DNA of 64,000 nucleotides from Desulfobacterales bacterium (GCA_963674755.2 CAXXVS010000003.1:2688001-2752000); one strand, 5' to 3'. Counted from the first letter of the stretch, positions 20,178-30,874 are shown. Numbers and translations are program-made. Notes: generated from the sequence alone by a model not told the origin.

Positions 20178-20284
20178 TGGACGAGTCCGCCGAGCGCCGA
20201 AGGTCCTGATGGGCAAGTCCGCCGGGCGTCGCAGGTCCCGATGGCCAAGTCTGCTGGACGCTGGGGGCTTCGTCGGGGCACAGG
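20123..20284 (+). repeat. Tandem array of a 31-32-bp REP-like unit
   Basis: TCCGCCTTCGCCGGAGGCTTCGGCGGACAAG followed by units starting at 20154, 20186, 20218 and a degenerate one at 20250. Confidence 0.8.
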
Positions 20285-20427
20285 CCCGGCGGGATTTGTT
20301 GAAGGGCAGGGTCGACAAGCTCTGGGCGCCGCGGATTTCGAAGATTCATAGAGCGGCAGGTTGGGCGGGAAAGTCATCCTTCGAGGCGCATCGCCCATAG
20401 GAAGCGGCCTGTTGCTCCGGGGGGTGA

Positions 20428-22590
20428 TCAGCCAGGGCGGTCCAGCTCCTTGCGGACCGCCAGGCCGATTTTTTCGAGGGTGTAGGGTTTCTTCACATAG
20501 GTGCCGGCCCCGAGACGCTGCATTTCCTGCACGCGTGCGGTTTCCGAGTAGCCGCTGGCGATGATGGCCCGCTGGTGGGGATTGCGTTCCCGGATCGCCC
20601 GGAAGGTTTCCAGGCCATCCCAGCCCGGCGGCATGATCATGTCCAGTACCAGTAAATCGAAATTGCGCGCGCGCAGGGTTGCCAGGGCATCTTTCCCGCT
20701 ATCGGCCGTGGACACCGTGTAACCCAGGCGCTGCAGCATGCGTTGGGCCAATGCCCTCTGTTCGCCCGAATCATCCACCACCAGAATCGACTCGCCCCGG
20801 CCGATATAGTCTTCGATATGAACCGCTGCGGCAATCTGCTTCTCGGTGCGCGTCACCGGAAAGAACAGACGGAAAGTAGTGCCCAGCCCCTCTTCCGTGC
20901 AGATATCGATAAAACCGTCATGGTCCCGCAGGGTTCCCCATACCACCGCCATCCCCAGGCCGCTGCCGCTGCGCCCCATGGCTTTCTTGGTGTAGAAGGG
21001 CTCGAAGATATGCTCCAGGTCAGAGGACGCCATGCCGATGCCGGCGTCGGTCACTTCCAAAACGCTGTATTCGCCGATGGGGATCCGTTCGAATCCCGGG
21101 TAGGGCCGGTCGACATAACGGTTGACCGTCCGAATGGTGATCCTGCCGCCGCCGGGCATGGCGTCGGCCGCATTGGCCACCAGATTCATGAGGGATTTGG
21201 AAAGGTGCACTTCGGATGCTGAGATATTGAGCAGGTTCTCATCCAGCTTGGTTTCGACGCATACCTGGGTGTGATGGGAGAGAATCTTGCGGTAGGCCAG
21301 GGAGACTAAAAAGTCTTCCACAATGTGGTTGAGGTCGGTCACCTTTTTAGCGGCCACCCCCCGACGGGCCAGGGTCAGCAGATCCTGGACGATCTCGGCG
21401 GCCTTCTCGCCGGAGGCCTGGACGGCCAGCAGCGGCTCGCGCAGCGGGCTGTCCTTTTCCAGATCGAGCAGGAGAAGTTCCGGGTAGCTGACAATCCCGC
21501 TCAGGATATTGTTGAGGTCATGGGCTACACCACCGGCCATCAGGCCCAGGGCCTCCATTTTCTGGGCCTGGCGCAGCTGTTCCTCCCGCTGTTTTTCCCG
21601 GGTGATGTCCTCCACGATGCCCAAAACGGTGGGGGCCTGGAACGGAGTCTCTGTTATGGGGCGCAAATGATAGCGCAGGTAAAGGGACTTGCCCCATTTG
21701 CTGGTATAGGGGGCTTCGTAACTCTGTATGACACCTTCTTCCAAGCAGGTATTTACCTGCCGGGAAAAATCGGATTGGACAATGGGCGGATAGTCGTGCA
21801 CGTTGATCGCGAGGCTGGCATCCCTGGATGGCGACCCCATGATTTCCATCAATTTAGCATTGACCTCGATAAGGTTGCCATCTTTGTCGATGGTTACGAT
21901 ACCGAGGGGTGCGTCTTCGATCAGGGCGCGGTAGCGGGCCTCGCTTTGCCGCAGGGCCTGGCTGACGGCCTGTTCGCTGGACAGGGTGTCGCGCAGGTCC
22001 CTTACCATCAGGGCCGTAGTGATCGTCACGATGGCGTTGAGCAGCAGGAAATTGATCGCCATGACAATCCACTTTGAAAGGGCGTTTTCGATGCCGCGCG
22101 CCCAGACCGGATCGCCAAAGGCTATGAACAGTGCCACCGCGCCCATAATCAGCGCACTCAGGAACAGCGAAGTGAGGGCGGCCCGGAAGCCCAGAATCGT
22201 CGCCAACAGGACGGACGCCCCGAAAATCCAGATATAGCCGGCCCCTAAGGAGCCAAGCATGAAGAGCAGGCCCACGCCGAGGGTATAGACAATCAGGCAA
22301 AAGCCCCAGGTGCGCGTGTGGAGAGATGCCTGCCGGCTCAAGAACAGGACAACGATTGCGGCGTAGGCCCCTGTGTCCAGCAGAGCGACGCCCCACAGAC
22401 CTTCGGAAATGGCGAGTATCAGGGAGGGAATCAGGGCGAAGGGGCCCAATGCGGCCGCAATGAAGAGCAGCACAAAGAGGATACGCTCCTGCCACAGGGT
22501 CAGGGGGCCGCTTTCCCAGGCATAGGCAGGGATGAAGCGCTTTTCCAGCCCAAGCCAGTGCTCCTGAAATATTTTTCCAAAACCGGACAC
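20428..22590 (-). CDS. Membrane hybrid sensor histidine kinase (TM-PAS-HisKA-HATPase-REC)
   Basis: [10 protein letters not shown]-box, [31 protein letters not shown]-terminal receiver (VVDD, LDMIMP, KPY). Confidence 0.93.
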   Translation of the reverse strand: MSGFGKIFQEHWLGLEKRFIPAYAWESGPLTLWQERILFVLLFIAAALGPFALIPSLILAISEGLWGVALLDTGAYAAIVVLFLSRQASLHTRTWGFCLIVYTLGVGLLFMLGSLGAGYIWIFGASVLLATILGFRAALTSLFLSALIMGAVALFIAFGDPVWARGIENALSKWIVMAINFLLLNAIVTITTALMVRDLRDTLSSEQAVSQALRQSEARYRALIEDAPLGIVTIDKDGNLIEVNAKLMEIMGSPSRDASLAINVHDYPPIVQSDFSRQVNTCLEEGVIQSYEAPYTSKWGKSLYLRYHLRPITETPFQAPTVLGIVEDITREKQREEQLRQAQKMEALGLMAGGVAHDLNNILSGIVSYPELLLLDLEKDSPLREPLLAVQASGEKAAEIVQDLLTLARRGVAAKKVTDLNHIVEDFLVSLAYRKILSHHTQVCVETKLDENLLNISASEVHLSKSLMNLVANAADAMPGGGRITIRTVNRYVDRPYPGFERIPIGEYSVLEVTDAGIGMASSDLEHIFEPFYTKKAMGRSGSGLGMAVVWGTLRDHDGFIDICTEEGLGTTFRLFFPVTRTEKQIAAAVHIEDYIGRGESILVVDDSGEQRALAQRMLQRLGYTVSTADSGKDALATLRARNFDLLVLDMIMPPGWDGLETFRAIRERNPHQRAIIASGYSETARVQEMQRLGAGTYVKKPYTLEKIGLAVRKELDRPG

Positions 22591-22784
22591 TAATGGTGAT
22601 TTCCTACAGCCGGATGTCGAAATTTGTTTTTCATGATCCTGCCGCGCAGTTTTCTCCGAATAAGATCGATCCGTCGTGTTCCATTGCCCATTTGCCGCCG
22701 GGCGGCTGTTCGTGCATCGTGATCAAAACCGGGGTCTGCCGTCAATCTCCATGCTTATCGGAATCCCGGCGGAAAACATAAGTC

Positions 22785-24464
22785 TCAGCCATCGTCGATC
22801 AACACGGCGGCGTCCGCGGGGTCGAAGTTTGCGATAAGGTCGATGGGCGTCCGGGCGAAGCGGCAGGCCGCGGCCCGGGGCCGGATATCCTGCTCCGCAT
22901 CCAGTGACCATTGGGCATGATTCACCAGCCGGGCCAGGGCCAGGGCGCGTCCCAGCGTAAGCGCCAGGCGGCGTGCCCCTGCTTCCAATACGACAGGATC
23001 GGGGCCGTCCTGAAGCCACTCGGCGGCCTGGGTCACGGCTGCTTCCGCCACCTGCCCGGCCGCGCGCAGGTGCTCGTCCCGGACTGCTTGAACACTTTGT
23101 TGAACAGTGCTGCGAAGCGAAGCCAGCGTTCTTTTATCTGCCGCTATTGCCCGCAAGGCATCCAGAGACAATACATTGGTGGTCCCTTCCCAAATGGGCA
23201 GCACTTGGCTGTCCCGCAGCAGCACCGGCAGGCCGGTGTCTTCCACATAGCCCGCGCCCCCGTGGGCCTCCAGCACCTCGGAGGCCACAGCCACGGCCTG
23301 GCGTCCGGTGGTCAGTTTGGTAAGCGAGGTGAGCAGCCGCAGCAGGCGGGCTTCATCCTCGCTTGTCTCGCCGTGCTCCGCCTTGCCGATCAACTCCACC
23401 AGGAAAAAGGTCAGGTGGAAGGCGGCTTCGGTTTCCGCCTGGAGGCCTGCCAGGGTGTCGACGTGCAGGGGTTTTGCAGACAGGCCCGCCCCAAAGGCCA
23501 CCCGCTGCCGGGCATAGCTGCGGGCCAGGGCCAGGCCGCGCCGCATGAAGGCCGCCGCCGTGACGCTGTTCCAGGTGCGGGTGAGCTGGAGCATGGGCAC
23601 GATGTTGCGCACCCCGTCGGTCAGCCCCAGCACCGGAACCGCCAGGGTGCCCCGCAGCATCAATTCCGCGGTGGGCACCTTGCGGGTGCCCAGCTTGTCC
23701 TTCAATCGCAAAATCTCGATTTCCTGCAGGCGCCCCTCGTCATCGCGCGTCTTCAGGTAGAAGAGGGCCAACCCCTTGCCGCCGGGGGGATTGCCCTCGG
23801 GCCGGGCCAGGGTTAGGGCGATCTGGGAGGTGGCCGCGGAGGTAAACCATTTGCGGCCGTAGAGTCGCCATTGCCCCTGCGCGTCCTGTCGGGCAATGGT
23901 TTCCGACCGGCCCACATCCGAACCGCCCGTGGATTCGGTCATCCACTGGCCGCTGGTCCAGAAGCGCGCCGGGTCACGGGAAGTCAAATGGGGAACCGCT
24001 TCGTCGATCAGGGCCAGGTTGCCGGATGCCAGCAGGGTGCGGGCCGCCCCGTCGGTCATGGCCAGCGGGCAGGTGTAGACATCGCTGGAGGGGTGGAAGA
24101 GATAGGTCAGGGCAAACTGCACAATGCGGTCGAAGCGGCCGTGGCGCCCCTCGTAGGCCGCGGCCACGAGGCCGAATTCTGCGGCCAGGCGCTCGGCCTT
24201 GCGCCACAGGGGCGACACCGCGATGCGGTCGATACGGTTGCCCCAGGCATCCCACTGGGTCAGGACGGGCTCGTTGTCGCGGTCGGCAAGCTGCATTTGA
24301 TACAGATCGCCACCGGCGAGTTCGCCCAGTTCACGGAGCGGCTCCAGTGCTTCTATATGGACATCGGGTGGCAGCACCCGCTTAAGGTAGGAGTGCAGCA
24401 CGCGGTCGTCGTCGAATTGGTTGCCCAGCGTGGGCGGCGGTTGGTTGAAAGGAGTGATATCCAT
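22785..24464 (-). CDS. Acyl-CoA dehydrogenase family protein (AidB-like)
   Basis: CPLAMTDGA, GQWMTE..GGSDV, GRKWFTS, RLKDKLG, GGAGYVE, IWEGTTN. Confidence 0.9.
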   Translation of the reverse strand: MDITPFNQPPPTLGNQFDDDRVLHSYLKRVLPPDVHIEALEPLRELGELAGGDLYQMQLADRDNEPVLTQWDAWGNRIDRIAVSPLWRKAERLAAEFGLVAAAYEGRHGRFDRIVQFALTYLFHPSSDVYTCPLAMTDGAARTLLASGNLALIDEAVPHLTSRDPARFWTSGQWMTESTGGSDVGRSETIARQDAQGQWRLYGRKWFTSAATSQIALTLARPEGNPPGGKGLALFYLKTRDDEGRLQEIEILRLKDKLGTRKVPTAELMLRGTLAVPVLGLTDGVRNIVPMLQLTRTWNSVTAAAFMRRGLALARSYARQRVAFGAGLSAKPLHVDTLAGLQAETEAAFHLTFFLVELIGKAEHGETSEDEARLLRLLTSLTKLTTGRQAVAVASEVLEAHGGAGYVEDTGLPVLLRDSQVLPIWEGTTNVLSLDALRAIAADKRTLASLRSTVQQSVQAVRDEHLRAAGQVAEAAVTQAAEWLQDGPDPVVLEAGARRLALTLGRALALARLVNHAQWSLDAEQDIRPRAAACRFARTPIDLIANFDPADAAVLIDDG

Positions 24465-24619
24465 GGCTTCTCCTTGAATAAATAGCAGTTTGATAACCGT
24501 CTGTGGCCGGATTCGTCACACAAAGGAAGCTATGACAGGTATAAACCCGGTACAAGGAGGGCGGGCATGCTGCATGCGAAGTTGGAGGTTGGGCGAGGTC
24601 GTATAGAAAGGCAATAGGA

Positions 24620-25810
24620 AAAATTAGGTTCGATATACTCTGGTTATTTAAATATCGAGCTTCCAAGTGACGTTATTTCGGTCATCGAGAAGCCTTTGGA
24701 AATAGACAGGCGTGTTCTCGATCCACATCTAAAAGCGCGGGCGGTCGGCCTCCTTTACCTGCATTATCGGGAAAGCGGGAAGTCGGCCGCTGAAGACGAG
24801 GGGACGGTGGAGTCCTACCTGAAGCTCGTCGGCTGCAGGAAGCCCCGGATGCAATCGTATCAAACCACACCGCTATGCGAAGCGCCATGGACCGGGTATT
24901 GGAAAATATCGAGGTGCGCGGCGACCGCGCCTACGACATGCGGCACGCCCTCCTGTACATGGCTTTCCCGGACTATTACGAGCGGATCATCAGCACGCGT
25001 GACAAACTGTGGATCGTAAGCACCTACAAGAATCAGGTACCAAGTGCGCTTCCGGCGGATCCTGACGACGCCATCCAGTTGATCAGGGCTGAACTGGGGA
25101 AACGGCACGACAAGCCCGACCGGAAATTCGATTTTTACTCGGAACTGAAAGACGAATGGAAGCCTGGTGGGACCGCACCCGTCGCCACGGTAACGGTGGA
25201 TACCGATAAAGGGGTTGTGACCGTGCCGGGTGGCGAAATCGAGCCGTAATCTTCGACCGAAACCGTAAAAGAGCATACCGTCCATACGGAAATCCAGTGG
25301 CTGCTGCTCAAGCTAGGCAACGACATGGGGCTGGACCTCTGGGTGGCGAACAACGATCGCGGCAAGGAGATCGACGGCGAGAAACTGGGCGACATCCCCA
25401 GGCTAAAGCTGGCCCTGCCGCTGACGTTCGACGAGGCCACCAATAAAACCATCCAGCTCATCGACGTTCTATGGCTGAAGCAGAACACCATCCTGGCCGC
25501 CTTCGAGATCGAAAGCACCACCTCGATTTATTCCGGCATCCTCAGAATGACCGACCTGATCGCCATGCAACCCAACATCAACATCCCCCTTTACATCGTG
25601 GCTCCCGACGAGCGCCGAAACAAAGTCTATGCCGAGGTGAACCGCCCGGTTTTCTCCAACCTGTCCATCCCGATGAACCAGATCTGCAAATACATTCCCT
25701 TCTCGGGGCTCAGGGATGCCGTCAAGAATGCCGGAGCCATGATCAAGTACATGAAGCCGGAGTTTTTGGATGAGATCGCGGAGGAGTGCGAGATTTTTCA
25801 GGAGGAATAG
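24620..25810 (+). pseudogene. Decayed gene: McrB-N-like domain fused to a PD-(D/E)XK-type nuclease
   Basis: ORFs 24875-25249 and 25325-25810 are in the same frame, separated by one TAA at 25247-25249; reading through gives HTEIQWLLLKLG...IDVLWL...AAFEIESTTSIYSG; 5' part apparently frameshifted and its boundary is approximate. Confidence 0.7.
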
Positions 25811-26082
25811 CAATTACCAACCAGGAGCAGGAGGGGAGGCTACCAGGAGCCAGCAGAGTAACTGCAGACCGACATGGCAACTATTTATCCCTCCTGTAAA
25901 AACAATTGCCCACCAAATTGACGAATTTTCTGTCCCATTGAATTTAAGAATAATTCCTATGAAGAGATAAGTATAGTTGATTACAAGAGGTTGGAAGCTG
26001 GATAAGAGCGCCGCCCTTCATATGGCATAAAAAATGCTCTCTACACCCCGATAAACTTGACCATCTTTCGCGGGGAGGAGCG

Positions 26083-26442
26083 ATGCAGGAGCACATGGCT
26101 GTCAAGGTAAAGGAGCTAGCCGGCGAGCGGATCGCATGTAATGTTGACGTTCCGGAGCACATCGATCCCAGCCCTGACAGCTATGTGACCCTGCGGTACG
26201 AAGAGCACAAGAACACCGAATACGTCCGCATCATCGCCATTAATCGTCATCCCACCAACGCAATCGACGCCTGTTTTTACACGCTGCACGAAAGCGGGAT
26301 CTGCTTCATCCCCGACAAGTTCAAAGGACGTACCATCAAAGCCCGCCTGAAGCCCTCGGAGAGCACGGTCATCCACTTCGAGGAAAAGAGGCGCAACTCC
26401 CGGCTGTTCCTTTTCAACGCGGCTTTCGTGGACGGGGAGTAG
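26083..26442 (+). CDS. Hypothetical protein
   Basis: 119-aa ORF with GGAGG RBS and GC3-rich codons; no family recognised. Confidence 0.6.
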   Translation: MQEHMAVKVKELAGERIACNVDVPEHIDPSPDSYVTLRYEEHKNTEYVRIIAINRHPTNAIDACFYTLHESGICFIPDKFKGRTIKARLKPSESTVIHFEEKRRNSRLFLFNAAFVDGE

Positions 26443-26638
26443 TTTTTATGGGACGGACAAAAGGTACGGTTGTAACCAAGGTGTCAACCTGCTGACCGTC
26501 ATCTGCAACCGATCGCCTACCGGATTTATCCCCTTGGAATTGGTTTACTTCAGAAGGAAGCATGCAAGGTAACGCGTTTTTCGAATATCCCAGATAATAT
26601 TGCATTGACTTCGGGATTGATAGTGGCTTGCCAAGATG

Positions 26639-26678
26639 TAACCGCCCCATTTTCGTCAGCCTGAAAATGGGGCGGTTA
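26639..26678 (-). terminator. Perfect 16-bp hairpin after the small Cys-rich gene
   Basis: TAACCGCCCCATTTTC-N8-GAAAATGGGGCGGTTA, 12 nt after the stop at 26691. Confidence 0.65.
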
Positions 26679-26690
26679 TCGTCGGCATCG

Positions 26691-26858
26691 CTATATTTTA
26701 TGAGGTTTACAGAGATTTTCGGCCTTTGCGGCGCTGCGTCCGCAGTTTTTACAATAATGGGTAGGTGGTTTAATAAGGGCAATATAGTCTTGCGGATTTT
26801 TGACATGTAGTTCTTCTTCCACATAAGCGCATAGGGTCTTCGGTTCATCGTGGCTCAT
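26691..26858 (-). CDS. 55-aa Cys-rich microprotein (putative metal binding), not in ORF track
   Basis: MSHDEPKTLCAYVEEELHVKNPQDYIALIKPPTHYCKNCGRSAAKAENLCKPHKI; GGAG RBS; followed by a hairpin. Confidence 0.75.
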   Translation of the reverse strand: MSHDEPKTLCAYVEEELHVKNPQDYIALIKPPTHYCKNCGRSAAKAENLCKPHKI

Positions 26859-27232
26859 GATGACATATCTCCATTCTTTATAACGAATTCATCTCTGTTG
26901 GTGCTGCCTGGGTTAGTATAAGAATTGCTTTTGGCGCAAACGGCAACGTTGAAAAGAGGTAAGGCGCGGTACTGTCCGTGTCAAGCAACGAGCTGAGGGG
27001 CGGCATCAAACTGGATGAGTGATATTTGGGGGCCCGGCATGTCGCAAATAGACGGTTGGGAACTTGCCCTGCGAATAAAGTTCATTAACCATAGCATGCC
27101 AATAATTGCACTCACCGTTGGGTCAGCTCAGCAGTGCCACGACAAATATTTTGGGATAGATTGCGATAATCAAATTGAAAATAAGTCATAAAAAAGTTCA
27201 GAATAGAGATCCGGCAAACAACGCTATTCATT

Positions 27233-28288
27233 TCAGTTTACATCCTCCCGTGTGACGCCCTCGCACTCCAGAACAAAATCAGCCCCGAAGGCCCTTGCCG
27301 GCGTTTGAAAACCCGGTGAAACCTCACCGGCCAGAATCTTCTCCACCGCGGATAGAGCGGCGTGCGATGTCCAGACGACCGCTCCCTCCGGACCATGCAG
27401 TCGCGATTCGGCTTTTCGTCCCTGGTCGTCTTCGACTTCGCCCCACACGTGCGTGGACGTCATGGCGCGCTGCTCGACCGTCGAGCCGGGCTTCACGCCG
27501 CGCTTGAGCAGGTTGCGCACCGCACGCAGCTTGAACAAAGGGCGCAGGACGTCGAACAGGGCCAGCTGTCGCTGAACGGAATGAGGAAGTACGGTATAGT
27601 CTTCGATGTCGGGGATGCCGGTGCTGTGGTAGGCCATGAAGACGTCGCCCCAGGTCAGCCGCGTGGCCTGGACAAGCCCCTGGCCGAAGTCGATCTGGCG
27701 GGTCTTCAGGCTTTGTTTGGGGATCACCAATTGCCCATGACGGCGCACGCGGTTGCCGTAGGGAATCAGCTCGATCATGGTGCGCTGGGTGCCCGGCGGG
27801 AGGCCGGCCGGGCCGCGGCTCTGAAAGGCCAGGGTCAGGCGGGTGGCGGCGGGCAGGCGTTGCTTGAGATGGACGGCCAGGCAATCGGTGGGTACGACAT
27901 CGAAGCCCACGCCCGGCAGGAGCATGGCGCCCTTTGCCTTGGCTTCGGCATCCCGGGCTGCAATCCCTTCATAGACGGGCATCTCGCCCGTAATGTCCAA
28001 ATAGTGCCGGCCCAGCCGCAGGCAGCTTGCCACCATGGGCTCAAAGGTGTGGATATAGGGGCCGGCGCAGTTGAGCACGGCGACCACACCCTCCAAGGCG
28101 GCATCGATGGCTTTGCCATCCTCCAGCGGGAAGGCCCGATAGTCCAAACCCAATTCAGAGGCTTGCGCTTTCAACTTCTCAGCGTTGCGGGCGGCGAGAA
28201 TGGGCGCCATTCCCCTTTGGACAGCCAGGCGGGCAATGGCGTCACCCAGAAACCCGGTCGAACCATACAGGAGAAATCTTGACGGCAT
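27233..28288 (-). CDS. Saccharopine dehydrogenase NADP-binding domain protein (trans-acting enoyl reductase-like)
   Basis: LLYGSTGFLG, VLNCAGPY, HYLDITGE, GVGFDVVPTDC, GFQTPA. Confidence 0.85.
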   Translation of the reverse strand: MPSRFLLYGSTGFLGDAIARLAVQRGMAPILAARNAEKLKAQASELGLDYRAFPLEDGKAIDAALEGVVAVLNCAGPYIHTFEPMVASCLRLGRHYLDITGEMPVYEGIAARDAEAKAKGAMLLPGVGFDVVPTDCLAVHLKQRLPAATRLTLAFQSRGPAGLPPGTQRTMIELIPYGNRVRRHGQLVIPKQSLKTRQIDFGQGLVQATRLTWGDVFMAYHSTGIPDIEDYTVLPHSVQRQLALFDVLRPLFKLRAVRNLLKRGVKPGSTVEQRAMTSTHVWGEVEDDQGRKAESRLHGPEGAVVWTSHAALSAVEKILAGEVSPGFQTPARAFGADFVLECEGVTREDVN

Positions 28289-28299
28289 GGGGTCATCTC

Positions 28300-28599
28300 C
28301 TATGGTCGAAGCGGTTTGATGACATTGAACACCTCGACCCGCGGTTCGCCATCGGTTTGATACGCCTTGGCGATGGTCGCCCGCAGTTCGGAATCCCGGT
28401 AGGCCTGAAAGTCTTCTTTGGAGGCCCAGAGATACAGGCCAGCGTATTCCTGTGTGGCAGCGTCCTGTAAATAGTATTTCTGCTGCAATCCTTTGAGCGC
28501 CCTGAATTCATCGGCGCGGCTGTCGACGACGTTGACAACCTCCTCGAAGCTGAGCCGCGATTTGAATTTTACCAGTAGGATTAAGGATGGTGGGTTCAT
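28300..28599 (-). CDS. YdhR-like putative monooxygenase (dimeric alpha-beta barrel)
   Basis: FRAL.GL.QKYY...EYAGLYLW; GGAGG RBS. Confidence 0.75.
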   Translation of the reverse strand: MNPPSLILLVKFKSRLSFEEVVNVVDSRADEFRALKGLQQKYYLQDAATQEYAGLYLWASKEDFQAYRDSELRATIAKAYQTDGEPRVEVFNVIKPLRP

Positions 28600-28680
28600 C
28601 GATGGGCCTCCCTTCATAGCATAAGACCACTCTGCAGCGGGCGCGATCTCTCGGAATCCGTTGCAAGAGCGGGGTAGTCG

Positions 28681-29127
28681 TTAATCCGGAATTTCGGCTT
28701 CGACAAGTTTCGCCAGGAGCGTCAGCGATTCCTGCCAGCCCAAATAGCAGGCTTCCGGAGGAATGACTTCGGGCACGCCTTCCTGCGCGATGGTCAGCTC
28801 GGTCCCGACCGATACCTTCTTCAGGGATACGGTCACCTGCATTTCCCCCGACAGGTTGGGAGCATCGAATCGGTCCGTGTAGCGAAGGCGTTCATGCGGC
28901 ACCAGTTCGAGATATGTGCCGCCGAATGAGTGCGTTTTGCCGGTGGAGAAATTCGTGAAGGATATCTTGTGGCGGCCGCCGACCTTGGGATCCAGTTGGT
29001 GAACCTTGCCGGTGAATCCATTGGGCGGCAACCATTTGGACATCGCGTCGGCATCCAGGAAGGCCCGATAGATCCTCTCGGGCGTTGCCCGGAGCACGCG
29101 GTGAAGCCGGATGGTGTTGGTTGGCAT
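28681..29127 (-). CDS. SRPBCC (AHSA1-like) family protein
   Basis: LHRVLRATPERIYRAFLD...KWLPP.GF...GWQESL..LA.LVE. Confidence 0.88.
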   Translation of the reverse strand: MPTNTIRLHRVLRATPERIYRAFLDADAMSKWLPPNGFTGKVHQLDPKVGGRHKISFTNFSTGKTHSFGGTYLELVPHERLRYTDRFDAPNLSGEMQVTVSLKKVSVGTELTIAQEGVPEVIPPEACYLGWQESLTLLAKLVEAEIPD

Positions 29128-29255
29128 GATTTGGTTGCCTTTCAATTGTGGTGTGGAGGAAGTGTCAGGCCTTCGCGGCTGGCTGCCCAGCGTGCGTGGT
29201 TCATCGCTGTTCACCGGGGCACATGAATCGGGCGGTCCTTAGGGCCGCTCTCCGG

Positions 29256-29537
29256 CTAAAGTGTAAACTCGACCAGCTTCCGCATGGTCTCGACCTTCAG
29301 GCCGTCCTCCCGCATGGCTTTCTGCCCTGCTTCGGACTGCAGCAACGCCTCGAATTTGGCTATGTCGGGCACCTCCGCCAAGACACCTGTCAGATTGGGG
29401 TTGTCGGGATCGCGGAAGCTTCGGCATTTGACGCCGATCTTCCCGAACATTTCATGTCGGCTACCTGGTCCTTTCTTCCAAGCATTGGCCCAGACAGCGC
29501 CGTCCTGAACTTCATGGAATATGATTACGGTTGCCAT
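29256..29537 (-). CDS. Small hypothetical protein (dimeric alpha-beta barrel-like)
   Basis: MATVIIFHEVQDG..W...FRDPDNPN..GV...AM.EDG; GGAGG RBS. Confidence 0.7.
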   Translation of the reverse strand: MATVIIFHEVQDGAVWANAWKKGPGSRHEMFGKIGVKCRSFRDPDNPNLTGVLAEVPDIAKFEALLQSEAGQKAMREDGLKVETMRKLVEFTL

Positions 29538-29879
29538 GGTTATTTCCTCCCGTTCTATGTCGGTGGTCAGGGTCGCGCACCGCACCGAATTCCTTTCAAG
29601 GCATTTGGTCGGCTAATACAGGTTAGGCGCCCAAAACCATTTGGCAAGAGGACCGTCAGCAGCTTAGGGGGGGCATAGCAATCACGGGCGGGAAAGCGGG
29701 CGTTACATTATTCGCGTTTTATCATGCAATCAGGCTTGCCGGGAGGCGAAATCCTGGCGGCGAGAAAACAGGCATCAAGCGGGCGTTTGTGGGAGATATG
29801 GGAAAACAGGCGCTGACCGGCCTGAAGGCCTGCGTTTTACAAGCCTTCAGACCGAGTTGAATCTGCGCCTTGTCGGGCG

Positions 29880-30689
29880 CTACACCTCTACCCCGAAAAG
29901 CTGAGGTTCTTTCCGGGCGCTGCAATTTTTATTCAGCCAGGCGGCAATTTCCTTCATCTTGTCGTTTTCCCAAACCCGGGCACTTTCAGGGCAGTTTTTA
30001 ATACAGGCGCAACAGCGGATGCATAGCTCCACGTCCGTTGCCACGCTGCCATCGATTGAAATGGCAGCGGTGGGGCAGACTTCGGCACAGGTGCCGCAAA
30101 CGGTGCATAGGTCCTCCTTGGTGACCGGTGCCACGGCCATGGCTTTGGCGCCGCCTTCATAGGGAAAGCGTCCGGGAATGGCCAGATCCGGTTGGGCCTC
30201 CGGTGATGGCAGCGCCGCGACCTTGGCCTTGATTTTAGTACCGAAATCCGCCGCCTTTTGAACATCCCGGCTGTCCGGGCGCCCAGTGGCGATGGGAACC
30301 TCCTCGGTCGCAAACGAGTGCTCTCCGATAAAGGCCCCGCCGGCAACCGGCGTAAAGCCCAGCTCGATGGCCAGATTTTTCAATTCCAGCAAGGCATCTT
30401 CAAACTCCCGGTTGCCATAGACGACGATGGGAACCGCCAGGGTCTTGTTTGCTTGCAGCCGTTTGAACCGCTTGACGGCATCCACCGGCAGGCGGCCGCC
30501 GTAAACCGGTGCGCCGATGATGACGAGTTCATCGGAAAAGGGAGGGATTGATTTTTGCGCGCCCTCCGGAAGGGTCAGGTTGATTTGCGCGACATCGTCG
30601 GCAGAGATGCCCTCCGCAATGCTTTCCAGTACTTTTTGAGTGGTTCCGGTGGGTGAAAAATAGACGAGTTTTACCTTTTTAACTTCCAT
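29880..30689 (-). CDS. EFR1-type flavodoxin-ferredoxin fusion protein
   Basis: YFSPTGTT flavodoxin motif, PVYGGR, YGNR.FEDAL.EL, two CxxCxxCxxxCP motifs. Confidence 0.9.
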   Translation of the reverse strand: MEVKKVKLVYFSPTGTTQKVLESIAEGISADDVAQINLTLPEGAQKSIPPFSDELVIIGAPVYGGRLPVDAVKRFKRLQANKTLAVPIVVYGNREFEDALLELKNLAIELGFTPVAGGAFIGEHSFATEEVPIATGRPDSRDVQKAADFGTKIKAKVAALPSPEAQPDLAIPGRFPYEGGAKAMAVAPVTKEDLCTVCGTCAEVCPTAAISIDGSVATDVELCIRCCACIKNCPESARVWENDKMKEIAAWLNKNCSARKEPQLFGVEV

Positions 30690-30874
30690 TGTGCTCCTCT
30701 TCGGTCAATTTCAGGTTGTCATTCAGCATTCATTGTTCGGTATGAAGGATAGGCTGTAAAAAGGGCGGACCTGTTCCGTTTGCCTCATGCACGGTGTCCT
30801 GCCCGGTCCCGACAGATACCTTTCGCAAAGATACAGGTACCGGCTTTTCCACTGGCAAGTTCGCGTCATCGCAT

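Noticed and set aside
20123..20284. Possible CRISPR array (32-bp periodicity)
   Set aside because: Units are directly adjacent with no unique spacers, and there are no cas genes; it is a tandem repeat
25247..25249. Programmed read-through of the internal stop in the nuclease gene
   Set aside because: The codon is TAA (not Sec or Pyl) and the 5' region also looks frameshifted, so decay is more likely
26414..26848. 144-aa minus-strand ORF from the track
   Set aside because: Overlaps a better-supported 55-aa gene in another frame and runs through its terminator hairpin; no recognisable motif
29808..29872. Hairpin after the EFR1 gene as another member of the 146-bp family
   Set aside because: Shares only a CAAGGCG word; lacks the central CCTCG..TAC/GTA..CCT.CGG core, so more likely an ordinary terminator-like stem
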